Positions 38,884-48,683 are shown, counted from the first letter of the stretch. The stretch: DNA of 64,000 nt from an uncultured bacterium (GCA_964588695.1 CAZPQK010000004.1:226304-290303), one strand, 5' to 3'. Notes: generated by a model not told the origin, from the sequence alone. A program made the numbers and translations.

Positions 38884-40188
38884 TTACTTCGCCAACCGGA
38901 TTCCGGAAAACTGCCACCGCGCGTGAGCCGGGAAAAAGTTGCGATAGCTCGCGCGAATATGGTTTCGACTGGTGGCGACCGACCCCCCACGCAATACGAA
39001 CTGGTTGCTCATGAACTTGCCGTTGTACTCGCCAAGTGCGCCGTCTCCCGCTCGATACCCGGGGTACGCTGTGTACTGGCTTTGAGTCCACTCCCATACA
39101 TCCCCGAACATCTGCGCCAACTCGCTGTCCGGCACGGCGCGATTCAACGCCCTGGGGTGAAACCGCTGGTCGTCGACAAAGTTTCCGGATGCGACCGGAT
39201 CTGTTTTTTGCCGCAACGCCCGCTCTGCGCCCACTTCCCACTCCGCTTCGGTGGCCAGGCGAGCTCCCGCCCAGCGTGCGTACGCATCGGCTTCGAAATA
39301 GCTCACGTGACAAACCGGCTCGGCATCTTCCAGTGGACGCATTCCGGACAGAGTCATGTTCCACCACTCACCTTCGCGTCGCTCCCAATACTCCGGATGC
39401 ACCCACCCCTCACTTTGCACAATGTTCCAACCCTCCGACAGCCACCATTGCGGATCCTGATAACCACCTGCGGCGATAAACTTTTTAAACTCGTTGTTGG
39501 TGACCAATCGGCAAGCGAGCGCAAAACCTTCAAGAAACACGCGGTGACGGGGGTGCTCGTTGTCGTAACCGAAACCGTCTCCGTGATGGCCGATTTCGTA
39601 TAACCCCTCGTCAAAACTCACCCAATCCATATCCGGCAGCACTTCCCCTCGCTTAACCGCGATATCGCGATAGGCCGGCTTAAGTGGGTTACACGAAAAC
39701 AGGTGCTTGATATCGGTGATGAGTAGTTCCTGGTGCTGCTGTTCGTGCTGCACGCCGATTTCAATCAACCCGGATAGCGTGGACAACAGGGCTTCGTCAG
39801 CCCCAGCGAGCAGCTGTTCCATGCCGGCGTCAACGTGGTCGCGATAATCCATGACCTCGCTTACGGTTGGCCGGGACAGTAGGCCGCGTTGCGGGCGGCT
39901 ATGTTGCTTGCCCACGGTGTTGTAGTACGAGTTGAATAGAAAATTAAACGCTTCGTTTGGCGTCTTATAATCCGGAAGATGGGCCTTAAGAAGAAACGTC
40001 TCAAAAAACCAACTGGTATGCGCGAGGTGCCACTTGGCTGGGCTGGCATCGGGCATTGATTGAACGACAAAATCCTCGGTTTCCAAAGGTTCGACCAGGT
40101 CGTGAGTTTGCTGACGAACGGCTCGATAACGGTCAGCCAGGGCGCGCGAAAACTCGTCGCGACTAGCGACTAAGCTTTTTGGGCTCAT
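38884..40188 (-). CDS. egtB: Ergothioneine biosynthesis sulfoxide synthase EgtB
   Basis: SPAKWHLAHTSWFFE, FNSYY, QHEQQHQE, FGE-sulfatase domain, YNGKFM, RNFF; adjacent to egtD. Confidence 0.93.
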   Translation of the reverse strand: MSPKSLVASRDEFSRALADRYRAVRQQTHDLVEPLETEDFVVQSMPDASPAKWHLAHTSWFFETFLLKAHLPDYKTPNEAFNFLFNSYYNTVGKQHSRPQRGLLSRPTVSEVMDYRDHVDAGMEQLLAGADEALLSTLSGLIEIGVQHEQQHQELLITDIKHLFSCNPLKPAYRDIAVKRGEVLPDMDWVSFDEGLYEIGHHGDGFGYDNEHPRHRVFLEGFALACRLVTNNEFKKFIAAGGYQDPQWWLSEGWNIVQSEGWVHPEYWERREGEWWNMTLSGMRPLEDAEPVCHVSYFEADAYARWAGARLATEAEWEVGAERALRQKTDPVASGNFVDDQRFHPRALNRAVPDSELAQMFGDVWEWTQSQYTAYPGYRAGDGALGEYNGKFMSNQFVLRGGSVATSRNHIRASYRNFFPAHARWQFSGIRLAK

Positions 40189-40326
40189 GGAGAAGGTCCT
40201 TCCGTTGAGGGCGATCACGATAAGTGACGCCGGTGGCGGAGGTTAGAGAGGATTTCCGCAGATTAAAGTGCCGAGTTATCGACATATTAACAGATGCCCG
40301 GTGACGTGGCAAACCATGCGCACGTT

Positions 40327-41298
40327 TTAGCCGCCGGTCTGAACCAAAAGGTAAACATAAACCGCGTATGCTGCAAACAGGATCAACCCCTGCCAGCGCT
40401 CGAGTTTCTTTTGCAACAGCGGTATGATCAAAACAACAGAGAACCCCAGCATCCACCAGATGTCCCGACTCAGTACGACTTCGCTTACCGCAAGCGGTTT
40501 AACCAGCGCCACCGTGCCCAGGATCCCACACACATTAAATATATTAGATCCGATGATGTTGCCCAACGCCACGCCGTCATGTTTGCGTATTGCGGCAACG
40601 ATCGCCGTGGTTAGCTCCGGAAGCCCGGTCCCCGCCGAAACCAAGGTCAGGCCGATAACTAAATCGCTGACACCCGCAAGGGCGGCGATTCGCGCCGCTC
40701 CGACCACCGTAAGGTCGGCGCCCCAAGAGAGCACCGCTGTTCCCCCGACGATGAGCAGTAGCGCTAGCGCCGGGTGGAGCACTCTCGCCGCGGGCTCGGC
40801 TTCGACGGTGGGGTCGAGCGGCACCTCTGCCCGGGCTTTTCCCGACGTGGCTCCTTTAACCCTCAACACCATGAACAGTGTCAGAAACACCAGTAGCACG
40901 GCCCCTTCGTAGCGAACAATCTGTCGATCCCAACAAAACAACAGCATCATCGCGCCCGAAGCCATCATCACGTAAATGTCGGTGCCGAGTCGTTGCAGGT
41001 TAAAGTGGAGCGGCGGCAGCAGAAACGCCGAAAGCCCAAGGATCAACGCAATGTTGAACATATTGGAACCGACGACGTTGCCAATGGCCATGTCGGCGTT
41101 ACCGGCGAGCGCAGCCTTCAGGCTAACCACAAGTTCGGGAAGCGACGTGGCCAGTGCGACCACCGTGAGTCCGATCACCGCAGTGGACACGCGAAAGCGA
41201 CGCGACAGATCGATGGCACCACGAACCAGAACTTCGCCGCCAACGACCAGAAGTGTCAGCCCCGCAAGCACGAAAAGTAGCGCTGTGGTAAGACTCAT
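40327..41298 (-). CDS. Calcium/sodium antiporter (CaCA, YrbG-like)
   Basis: Two alpha repeats: ATSLPEL...GNVVGSN and GTGLPEL...GNIIGSN. Confidence 0.93.
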   Translation of the reverse strand: MSLTTALLFVLAGLTLLVVGGEVLVRGAIDLSRRFRVSTAVIGLTVVALATSLPELVVSLKAALAGNADMAIGNVVGSNMFNIALILGLSAFLLPPLHFNLQRLGTDIYVMMASGAMMLLFCWDRQIVRYEGAVLLVFLTLFMVLRVKGATSGKARAEVPLDPTVEAEPAARVLHPALALLLIVGGTAVLSWGADLTVVGAARIAALAGVSDLVIGLTLVSAGTGLPELTTAIVAAIRKHDGVALGNIIGSNIFNVCGILGTVALVKPLAVSEVVLSRDIWWMLGFSVVLIIPLLQKKLERWQGLILFAAYAVYVYLLVQTGG

Positions 41299-41351
41299 CG
41301 CCCAATGTTATCCCAGCGTATTGGGGCGGGCAAGGCATTGATCGAGGTTGT

Positions 41352-41720
41352 TCAGGTCGCGTCGATCACAGCCTTAACGGTGTCGATGAGTTGCTGTCGC
41401 GAGAACGGTTTGGCGAGAGTTGCGTTGGCGCCGAGTGCGGCGGCCATGGCGAGTTGCGATTGAGAGTGTCCCGATGGTCCGCCGGAGATCGCGATAATTG
41501 GAATGTCATGAGTACGACGAATGTCGCGAATCAACTCGATTCCCTCCTTCTCCGGCATGTAGAGATCGGTAATGACCAGGTCAAATGCGCTTTCGGTAAA
41601 GGCCGCGTATCCAACGGCGCCGTTCTCGGCGGTCGCAACGCTAAACCCTTCGCGGCTTAGGATTTCGCTAGTGACGTGACGGACGTCTTCCTGGTCGTCT
41701 ACTACAAGTATGCGTCTCAT
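41352..41720 (-). CDS. Single-domain response regulator receiver
   Basis: ILVVDD, DLVITDLYMP, IIAISG, LAKPF. Confidence 0.92.
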   Translation of the reverse strand: MRRILVVDDQEDVRHVTSEILSREGFSVATAENGAVGYAAFTESAFDLVITDLYMPEKEGIELIRDIRRTHDIPIIAISGGPSGHSQSQLAMAAALGANATLAKPFSRQQLIDTVKAVIDAT

Positions 41721-41847
41721 CGTTTCCCTTTCGCAGATCATTTGGCTCGCATTTAGAAGATCGGTCAGAGCGAGGCGGGATTACAGAGACAATAGCGCCG
41801 ACAGCAAGGAAAACGTTGCCGGTGGAAAACGTATGTGTAGCAGAGGG

Positions 41848-42669
41848 TTAGAGCGCACTGCCGCAATCGCGGCAAAACTTGGCATCGTAGCGGTGGCCTT
41901 CGCTGGCGCATTGTGGACAGGCCTGGGTGGAAATCTTTTCGTGGCCGTGAACCAACTGCGACGTCACGATTCCCGTCGGAACCGCGATAATCGCGTAACC
42001 GCAAATCATTAGCAAAGACGACACAAACTTGCCCAGCGGCGTCTGCGGGCTCAGGTCTCCGTAGCCGACGGTGGTCATGGTAACGATGGCCCAGTAGATG
42101 CCCAGCGGAATGCTAGAAAAACCGTGTTCTTCGCCTTCGATGACATACATTACCGAACCCATGATCACCGTAATCGCGGTGACGGCGAACAGAAACACGA
42201 GAATCTTGCGGCGGCTCTGCTTCATCGCATGCCAAAGCGCTTCGGATTCGTTGACAAACTTAACAAGCTTCAGCACCCGAAAGATTCGCAGCAATCGGAG
42301 AATACGAATCACAAACAGAAAATGAGTGCCCGGAAGTAGAAGGTCCAGGTAGCTGGGGAGCACCGCTAGTAAGTCGATGATACCGAAGAAGCTGGTGGCG
42401 TAGCGTAGCGGGCGACCGATACAAATTAGCCGCAGCACGTACTCAATGGTAAAAACGATGGTGAAGATCCACTCAAGCAGATAAAGCTCGTAGCCCCAAA
42501 ACTTGCGGATCGACGGAACGCTTTCCAGCACAACCGCCAGCACACTTAGGACGATCGCCAGGATTAGCGCGACGTCAAAATTGCGCCCGGCCGGCGTGTC
42601 GGCTTCGAAAATGATTTCGTGTAGCCGATGGCGCCAACCATTAAGTTTATTCGATGACGAATCGCTCAT
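41848..42669 (-). CDS. Voltage-gated K+ channel-like ion transporter with C-terminal Zn ribbon
   Basis: S4-like IRILRLLRIFRVLKL, TTVGYGD filter, CPQC...CRDC. Confidence 0.92.
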   Translation of the reverse strand: MSDSSSNKLNGWRHRLHEIIFEADTPAGRNFDVALILAIVLSVLAVVLESVPSIRKFWGYELYLLEWIFTIVFTIEYVLRLICIGRPLRYATSFFGIIDLLAVLPSYLDLLLPGTHFLFVIRILRLLRIFRVLKLVKFVNESEALWHAMKQSRRKILVFLFAVTAITVIMGSVMYVIEGEEHGFSSIPLGIYWAIVTMTTVGYGDLSPQTPLGKFVSSLLMICGYAIIAVPTGIVTSQLVHGHEKISTQACPQCASEGHRYDAKFCRDCGSAL

Positions 42670-42746
42670 AACGGGACGGGCAAAACCCGCGGCCGGATTC
42701 TACAACGAGCCGAAACCGGTCGTCACGCACCGATTGTGCCCCCGGG

Positions 42747-43235
42747 CTAGCTGAAATTGATCTGCGGATGGGCATCTACAGGGGCATCGTCGTCGTGGAA
42801 GATACGATCAAGGGCCTGGTGGCGGTGGCTGAAGATGCGGGTCAGGTCCTTGCGAATAAACAGGCGGTTCACCAGAGCACCACCGGGAATGGCATAGCGA
42901 ACGTCGTCGGTTACCACCGTCGTGCCGTTTCGGGTTTCAAAGCGGTGTTCGTGAATCCAGTAACGGTAAGGTCCGCGCCGTTGCTCGTCGACAAACCTGT
43001 GCATTGGCTCGAACGCTGTAATCTCGCTTTGCCAACGTAGCGGAATACCGTGCAGCCTGATTCGGTAGTCGATTAATGTACCGGGCTCCATCGGGATCTC
43101 GCCTTTGGTGAGCACTTCGAAGCGTAGCCACGGTGGTGTAATGGTCTCCAGGTTGCGGGCGTTCGAGAAGAAATCGAAAACTTCTGATAACGGGCGCTGA
43201 ATGATTTGTGTCGTTTGGAGTCTGAAATCGCTCAT
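42747..43235 (-). CDS. SRPBCC family protein
   Basis: VFDFFS..RNLE.ITPPWL.F, FVDEQRRGPY..W.HEH.F; ATG overlaps the photolyase stop. Confidence 0.88.
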   Translation of the reverse strand: MSDFRLQTTQIIQRPLSEVFDFFSNARNLETITPPWLRFEVLTKGEIPMEPGTLIDYRIRLHGIPLRWQSEITAFEPMHRFVDEQRRGPYRYWIHEHRFETRNGTTVVTDDVRYAIPGGALVNRLFIRKDLTRIFSHRHQALDRIFHDDDAPVDAHPQINFS

Positions 43236-44671
43236 GCTTGGCTCGCTTTCAGTTGATCGTACGCGGCAAGTGCACGGTTGCGGCCGCGGGTGTGGTCGAT
43301 GACCGGCTTGGGGTACGTCTTGCCGAGATGAACATCGGCAGATAGCAGGACGTCGCGGGGAGCCTTCCACGGTTGATGGATGTATTTGTCGGGAAGCGCG
43401 GAAAGCTCTGGCACCCACCGGCGAACGTAATCGCCGGCGCGATCAAAACGTTCGCCTTGAAGAATCGGGTTAAACACACGAAAGTACGGAGCGGCGTCGG
43501 CACCACTACCAGCTACCCATTGCCAGCCCATCGTGTTGTTGGCGAGATCAGCATCAACCAACGTATCCCAGAACCAAGTTGCGCCTTCCTGCCAGTTGAT
43601 TAACAAGTGCTTAACGAGTAGCGACCCGGCAACCATCCGGACACGGTTATGCATCCATCCGGTGTGCCACAACTCACGCATTCCAGCGTCGACGATTGGA
43701 TATCCGGTCTTGCCGTGTTGCCACGCTGCCAGGTTGTCTCGCTGGGTCTGATCCCAGGGAAATCGTTCGAACTCAGGACGAAGCGGTTGGCGAGTGGTTT
43801 GAGGAAAATGAAACAGCAAGTGATAAGCGAACTCCCGCCACGCGATTTGTCGACGATAGGCTGAGCCATCGCGGCCGGTGCGCTGCTCCGCACGACGCAC
43901 TTCGTGCCAGACCCGCTTGGGGCTTAGGTTGCCAAAACGAAGGAACGGAGAAAGTTTCGATGTCGCTGGCTCGCTGGGAAAGTCGCGGTTGTCTTGATAC
44001 CCGAACACCGCGTCATCGAGAAAGCGGCGAAGCTGTTGTTGTCCGCCCGCTTCGCCGGGCTTCCATGCTTGACGCATTCCGCTTGCCCAATCGGGCGTAG
44101 GAAGCAGGTTCAACGCCTCCAACCGAACCGAGTCGGGCCACCTGGCGGGGGCGACTAATGCCTCCGGCGCGGGCACATGTTTGCCGGGGTCAGCAAGGGT
44201 GTGCAGGTGTTTCCAGAACGGCGTAAACACCTGAAACGGTCCGCCGGATTTGTTACGGACGTCTCGGGGATCAAAAAGTACGCGGTCGGTGAATGTTACC
44301 GCTCTGAGGTTGGCGTCGTTCAGCGCGGACGCCACTTTGGATTCGGCGTAGATTCCCGGTGGGTCGAAGCGCTGCTGCCACACGACGGTGTCAGCGCCAA
44401 CTTCTTCGGCAAGGTCGACAAGGACTCTGGGAGAAGGGCCGCGTTTTACGATAAGCCGCGAACCGACTTCGGCCAAAGAAGATCCGAGGGAAGCGAGCGA
44501 GTGAAACAACCACCAGCAGGCGGCGGCGCCAGTGGGCCACTCACCCTCTTCCTCGGAATTCATTATAAAAACCGGCACCACGACGCCACGCCGCGCCGCA
44601 AAACCAAGTGCGTCATTGTCGGCCAGCCGGTGGTCGTCACGAAACCAAACAATTGTTACGGGTCTGGGCAT
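43232..44671 (-). CDS. phrB: Deoxyribodipyrimidine photolyase (class I CPD)
   Basis: IVWFRDD.RL.DN, TSKLSP.L..G, GKTGYPIVDAGMREL, WMHNRVRM, DAD.ANN..GWQW; catalytic His/Trp pattern of CPD photolyases. Confidence 0.93.
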   Translation of the reverse strand: MPRPVTIVWFRDDHRLADNDALGFAARRGVVVPVFIMNSEEEGEWPTGAAACWWLFHSLASLGSSLAEVGSRLIVKRGPSPRVLVDLAEEVGADTVVWQQRFDPPGIYAESKVASALNDANLRAVTFTDRVLFDPRDVRNKSGGPFQVFTPFWKHLHTLADPGKHVPAPEALVAPARWPDSVRLEALNLLPTPDWASGMRQAWKPGEAGGQQQLRRFLDDAVFGYQDNRDFPSEPATSKLSPFLRFGNLSPKRVWHEVRRAEQRTGRDGSAYRRQIAWREFAYHLLFHFPQTTRQPLRPEFERFPWDQTQRDNLAAWQHGKTGYPIVDAGMRELWHTGWMHNRVRMVAGSLLVKHLLINWQEGATWFWDTLVDADLANNTMGWQWVAGSGADAAPYFRVFNPILQGERFDRAGDYVRRWVPELSALPDKYIHQPWKAPRDVLLSADVHLGKTYPKPVIDHTRGRNRALAAYDQLKASQA

Positions 44672-44700
44672 AGTGCCTTTGGGTTTAACGCTGCGCAACG

Positions 44701-45600
44701 CTACGCAATTTGCTCGAGTTGCATCCGCAGATCGCCGAGTCCATCGACCACCGTCACGCCGCTGCGGTGCAGGTCCTGTGCGCACAAGTTTGCCGCGCGC
44801 CCACCGACGAGTAGGGCAGCACCGTTGTCCAGGCCATCCTGCAACCGATTCAGTTCAACCGACAATGCATCGCGGTCGCCGACATAAGAGATGCTTAACG
44901 CCACCGCTTTTGCTTGGGTCTGGCGAACGGCGGCGACAATTTCGTGAGCTGGCAAGTCGGGGCCCAGGTAGATCACATCCCACCCCAACTCTTCGGCGAC
45001 GGCTGCCACCATAACGGCGCCAAGTTCGTGCAGTTGACCCGCTGGGGTTGTCACCACGACGCGCGGCGCCATGTGTCCGTTTGGCATTCGGCGAACGCGA
45101 TGAGTCGCTACGAACGAACGGACAACCGCTGACGCCAGATGCTCGTGGACCACACGAAGCGTTCCGTGTTTCCACCGGTCGCCGACTTCGTTTAGCAGCG
45201 GGACCAGCAGGCGCATGCGGACGTCGGGAGCGCTCATCTGAATCGCGGCTTCGCTGAGTACGCGTTCCAGGCGAGCGCGATCTAGCGCGGCGATCGCGTC
45301 CAATGCCTTCTCGAGTAGGGATTGGTCAATCGGCTGTGGCGCGCTAGCAGCGCCATGATCTTCCGAGACGATTTCGCGTAGCTGCTCAATCGTGAAGTCC
45401 GAAACGTCGCTAATCCGCCGGCCGCCGTCGACCGCTACTTTCAGAAGGCGAAGCTTTTCGATGTCGTTGTCGCTGTACAATCGTCGGCCCGTGTCAGTAC
45501 GGAGCGGCACGACCGCGCCGTATCGACGCTCCCACGCCCGAAGAAGATCGGGCGCCAGGCCCGTCCGTGCGGTAACCACACGGATGGGATGCCGAGGCAT
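44701..45600 (-). CDS. MerR-family regulator with B12-binding domain (CarH/LitR-like photoreceptor)
   Basis: MerR HTH (LRAWERRYG...RLYS); W-x9-EH (WKHGTLRVVHEH); PAGQLHELG; Rossmann B12 domain with VGG. Confidence 0.9.
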   Translation of the reverse strand: MPRHPIRVVTARTGLAPDLLRAWERRYGAVVPLRTDTGRRLYSDNDIEKLRLLKVAVDGGRRISDVSDFTIEQLREIVSEDHGAASAPQPIDQSLLEKALDAIAALDRARLERVLSEAAIQMSAPDVRMRLLVPLLNEVGDRWKHGTLRVVHEHLASAVVRSFVATHRVRRMPNGHMAPRVVVTTPAGQLHELGAVMVAAVAEELGWDVIYLGPDLPAHEIVAAVRQTQAKAVALSISYVGDRDALSVELNRLQDGLDNGAALLVGGRAANLCAQDLHRSGVTVVDGLGDLRMQLEQIA

Positions 45601-45630
45601 CGATTGTTTATGGCTAGCTTCCACACCCAT

Positions 45631-45708
45631 ATACTAACTGTCTGTCCAGGTGTTGTCAAGAAAATGCAAGATATTATCTTGACAAAACATAATCACACCG
45701 GTTATTTT
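45631..45708. promoter_or_regulatory. Back-to-back sigma70 promoters with CarH-operator-like repeats
   Basis: Minus strand TTGACA(45659-45654)-17 nt-TAGTAT; plus strand TTGACA(45679-45684)-18 nt-TATTTT; TnnACA repeats 11 bp apart at 45643-45649 and 45654-45660. Confidence 0.65.
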
Positions 45709-45771
45709 CTGGACGTAAGCGGACGAATAGCTACGGGACGCGCGCATGCGCGCAACCAAGCGGAGGAAACT

Positions 45772-46650
45772 ATGGGTACTTCGATTCCTAATAAGCGACA
45801 AGCGACCACCAAAGGTCGTTCCGACAGTGGGCTCGACACATACCTGGCCGAAATCAACCGCATCCCCCTGCTGACACGCGAACAGGAGCACGAATTGGGG
45901 CTGCGGATCCTCGACGGCGACGAGAATGCCGTTGATGAAATGGTGAACGCCAATCTCCGGTTCGTTGTCTCTATAGCCAAGCGGTACGCGAAACAAGGTG
46001 TGCCCCTCGAAGATTTGATCAACGAAGGCAACATTGGTCTGATTAAAGCGGCTCGACGCTTTGACGTTCACCGCGGGTATAAGTTCATCTCGTATGCGGT
46101 GTGGTGGATTCGGCAGGCTATTCTTCACTCGCTGTCTCAGAGCTCAAGGATTGTCCGGATTCCGCTGAATCGCACCGGAATTCTGCATCAGGTGGGTAAG
46201 GCGTCCCGCGAGCTGTTCCAAGAATTGGGACGGAACCCAAGTGCCCTGGAGATTGCGGAGCACCTTGACATTAAACTTAAGGACGTGGAGATCGCGCTGC
46301 GAACCCCTAGCACTCACGTTTCCCTCGACGAACCATACGACAGCGACTCGGACGACAACGCGCTTATTGACTATCTGGTGGACGAGTCAACCCCGTCGCC
46401 CGATGTTCCTTTGTACGAAGAAACACTCGGTAGCGACATGCGGCGTGCGCTTGCAACTCTCACCGAACGCGAGCAAAAGATCATGACGCTGTACTTTGGT
46501 TTAGGTGAAGAGGATCCTCTAACTCTCGAAGACGTCGGTCGGCGCCTTAACTTAACCCGCGAGCGTATTCGACAGATCAAAGAACAAGCAATTGCTCGAC
46601 TAAGGCACGAAAGCCGGGCCAAGTACATTCAAGGGTACGCCGAGAATTGA
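45772..46650 (+). CDS. RpoD/SigA-like sigma70 factor lacking region 1.1
   Basis: LDTYLAEINRIPLL (1.2), NLRFVVSIAKRY, DLINEGNIGL, KFISYAVWWIRQAI, LTRERIRQI (4.2); GGAGG RBS. Confidence 0.95.
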   Translation: MGTSIPNKRQATTKGRSDSGLDTYLAEINRIPLLTREQEHELGLRILDGDENAVDEMVNANLRFVVSIAKRYAKQGVPLEDLINEGNIGLIKAARRFDVHRGYKFISYAVWWIRQAILHSLSQSSRIVRIPLNRTGILHQVGKASRELFQELGRNPSALEIAEHLDIKLKDVEIALRTPSTHVSLDEPYDSDSDDNALIDYLVDESTPSPDVPLYEETLGSDMRRALATLTEREQKIMTLYFGLGEEDPLTLEDVGRRLNLTRERIRQIKEQAIARLRHESRAKYIQGYAEN

Positions 46651-46690
46651 TCGCGCTACCCGTCGAATCGGAACCTGGTAAGCTTTCCAC

Positions 46691-47134
46691 ATGACACTTG
46701 GGCTTTGGGTTGTTGTCGGGCACGCCGTAGCAACGCTTGTGATGGTTGGGCTGATTTGGTTCGTGCAGGTGGTTCACTATCCGTTGTTTGCGAAGGTGGG
46801 GAACGGTGCCTTTTCCGCCTACCACACGGCGCACATGCGGTTGACCACCTATGTAGTCGGTCCGCCGATGCTGTTCGAAGTCGCCGCTACAATTGCATTG
46901 TTCGTCATCCGTCCGCCGGCATTACCGTTGTGGTGGATTTGGTTGGGAGCGGTCTTGCTAGCCGGAGTTTGGCTTACGACAACGACTTTGTCGGTGCCCT
47001 ACCATCACAAAATGGCCAGGGGCTTTGACGCTCGAACCGTCAAACTACTGGTACGTACCAACTGGATCCGGACGATATTGTGGACGGCGCGCGGCGTCGT
47101 GTCGGTGCTAATGGTAAACGCACTCGTTAAGTAA
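46691..47134 (+). CDS. Hypothetical membrane protein
   Basis: About four hydrophobic helices; GLIWFVQVVHYP and NWIRT motifs. Confidence 0.75.
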   Translation: MTLGLWVVVGHAVATLVMVGLIWFVQVVHYPLFAKVGNGAFSAYHTAHMRLTTYVVGPPMLFEVAATIALFVIRPPALPLWWIWLGAVLLAGVWLTTTTLSVPYHHKMARGFDARTVKLLVRTNWIRTILWTARGVVSVLMVNALVK

Positions 47135-47144
47135 AGGCTCGGAC

Positions 47145-48059
47145 ATGAAGATTCTCATTAGCGGCGTAACTGGTTTCATTGGGCACAAACTGGCTCAACA
47201 GTTAACGCGCGATGGACACACAGTCTGCGGGTTCTCGCGAAACGCGGCATCCGCCAGGGAGCGGGTTCCCGAGCTCGCCGAAGCATTTGCGTGGCAACCG
47301 ACAACGCAATCACCGCCGAGTGAAGCGTTTGCCGGAGTCGACACGGTTGTTCATTTGCTGGGAGAAACTGTCGTCGGTCGATGGACCGACGAAAAAAAAC
47401 GGGCGATTCGGGAGTCGCGTGTAACCAGCACCCGTAGACTGGTGGATGCGATCGCAGCGTTGCCCGAAGGCGCGCGTCCACGCGCGTTGGTTAGTGCAAG
47501 TGCCATCGGGGCGTATGGTGATTCGGGCGATGAGCGCCTGGACGAATCCGCCCCAGTTGCCGATGACTTCTTGGGAAGTGTCTCCAAGGAATGGGAAGGT
47601 GAGGCCTATCGCGCGGAATCGGCAGGCGTTCGTGTGTGTACCCCCCGGATCGGGATTGTTCTGGGGGTTGATGGGGGTGCGCTGAAACCGATGTTGCTTT
47701 CGGCAAAGTTTGGCGTCGTGCCGGTGTTTGGCAGCGGCCGGCAATGGTGGTCGTGGATACACCGCGAAGACCTGGTTGCAATGCTTGCGGCGATGGCGCT
47801 TGACGATAACTGGCGCGGCGTTTACAACGCAACGGCACCGCAACCCGAGACACAGCGAACCTTTTCGCGGACACTAGCAAAAGTGAAAGGGCGATTTCTC
47901 ACGCCGCCGGTCCCAGCGGCACTCTTGCGGGTGGGGATGGGAGAGATGTCGGTGGAACTACTCTCCAGCAAGCGGGTCGTGCCCGAGCGAGCATTGACCC
48001 AGGGGTTTCAGTTCAAGTTTACCGAACTTCACGCCGCACTTGGCGACCTGGTGCAATAA
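47145..48059 (+). CDS. TIGR01777-like NAD-dependent epimerase/oxidoreductase
   Basis: ISGVTGFIG, SASAIG.YG, RIGIVLG..GGAL, WIH.EDL, ELLSSKRVVP. Confidence 0.88.
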   Translation: MKILISGVTGFIGHKLAQQLTRDGHTVCGFSRNAASARERVPELAEAFAWQPTTQSPPSEAFAGVDTVVHLLGETVVGRWTDEKKRAIRESRVTSTRRLVDAIAALPEGARPRALVSASAIGAYGDSGDERLDESAPVADDFLGSVSKEWEGEAYRAESAGVRVCTPRIGIVLGVDGGALKPMLLSAKFGVVPVFGSGRQWWSWIHREDLVAMLAAMALDDNWRGVYNATAPQPETQRTFSRTLAKVKGRFLTPPVPAALLRVGMGEMSVELLSSKRVVPERALTQGFQFKFTELHAALGDLVQ

Positions 48060-48060
48060 A

Positions 48061-48086
48061 AAGGCCGCGCCCATCGACGCGGCCTT
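48061..48086. terminator. Terminator hairpin between convergent genes
   Basis: AAGGCCGCG-8 nt-CGCGGCCTT with an A run on the left (T tail on the minus strand). Confidence 0.65.
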
Positions 48087-48109
48087 CCACCATGGTCCTG
48101 GTGCCAAAC

Positions 48110-48622
48110 CTAGCCCATCTTTTTTACCCGAGTCATCGTGGTGACCATTTCCATGTCCTTGCCATCGGGGCCCGGCATGGTAATCACCGACTTAAACGTG
48201 TCTTCGTCGACTTTCTCGATGGTCCGAACCATCTCGCCGTTGGGCGATTTCCAGGTCATCGTGACAACGTTGCCGTCGCGAGTGCCTTCGCCCTGCGACA
48301 TGTTGCGCATTGAATCATACCAGTAACCGTGGTACTTGCCGCCGGTGACGGTGAACACCGCCCGCCCTTTCATTTTCATCGGCCCCATGTCTCCAGACCA
48401 GTCCATCACCAGAAATTGATCATTCATCCCTAGCACGCAGTGCATCGACTCTTGCATCGTTCCCATCGCGGACTCGTTGGTTCCCGTCCACTCGCCCAGC
48501 ATCCAGGTGAGGATTTCGTCGTCGAGTGCCTTGGGTGCCATGTAGTTGCCGCTTTCCTGCGCGATAGCGAGCGGCGATGCCAGCAACATGCACGTGACCA
48601 GCGTTGCGATTCTTCTCTTCAT
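48110..48622 (-). CDS. DUF1579-like exported beta-barrel protein
   Basis: Signal peptide; L.WMLGEWTG; YHGYWYDSM; Met-rich. Confidence 0.6.
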   Translation of the reverse strand: MKRRIATLVTCMLLASPLAIAQESGNYMAPKALDDEILTWMLGEWTGTNESAMGTMQESMHCVLGMNDQFLVMDWSGDMGPMKMKGRAVFTVTGGKYHGYWYDSMRNMSQGEGTRDGNVVTMTWKSPNGEMVRTIEKVDEDTFKSVITMPGPDGKDMEMVTTMTRVKKMG

Positions 48623-48683
48623 GATCTCTCTCCTTGTTTAACGACGATCCGAACGTATCCGGCTATCGATTAAAAACCAACGG

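Noticed and set aside
38884-40188. Selenoneine synthase SenA instead of EgtB
   Set aside because: Motifs fit EgtB, the gene is paired with egtD, and no senB or senC/selD is adjacent
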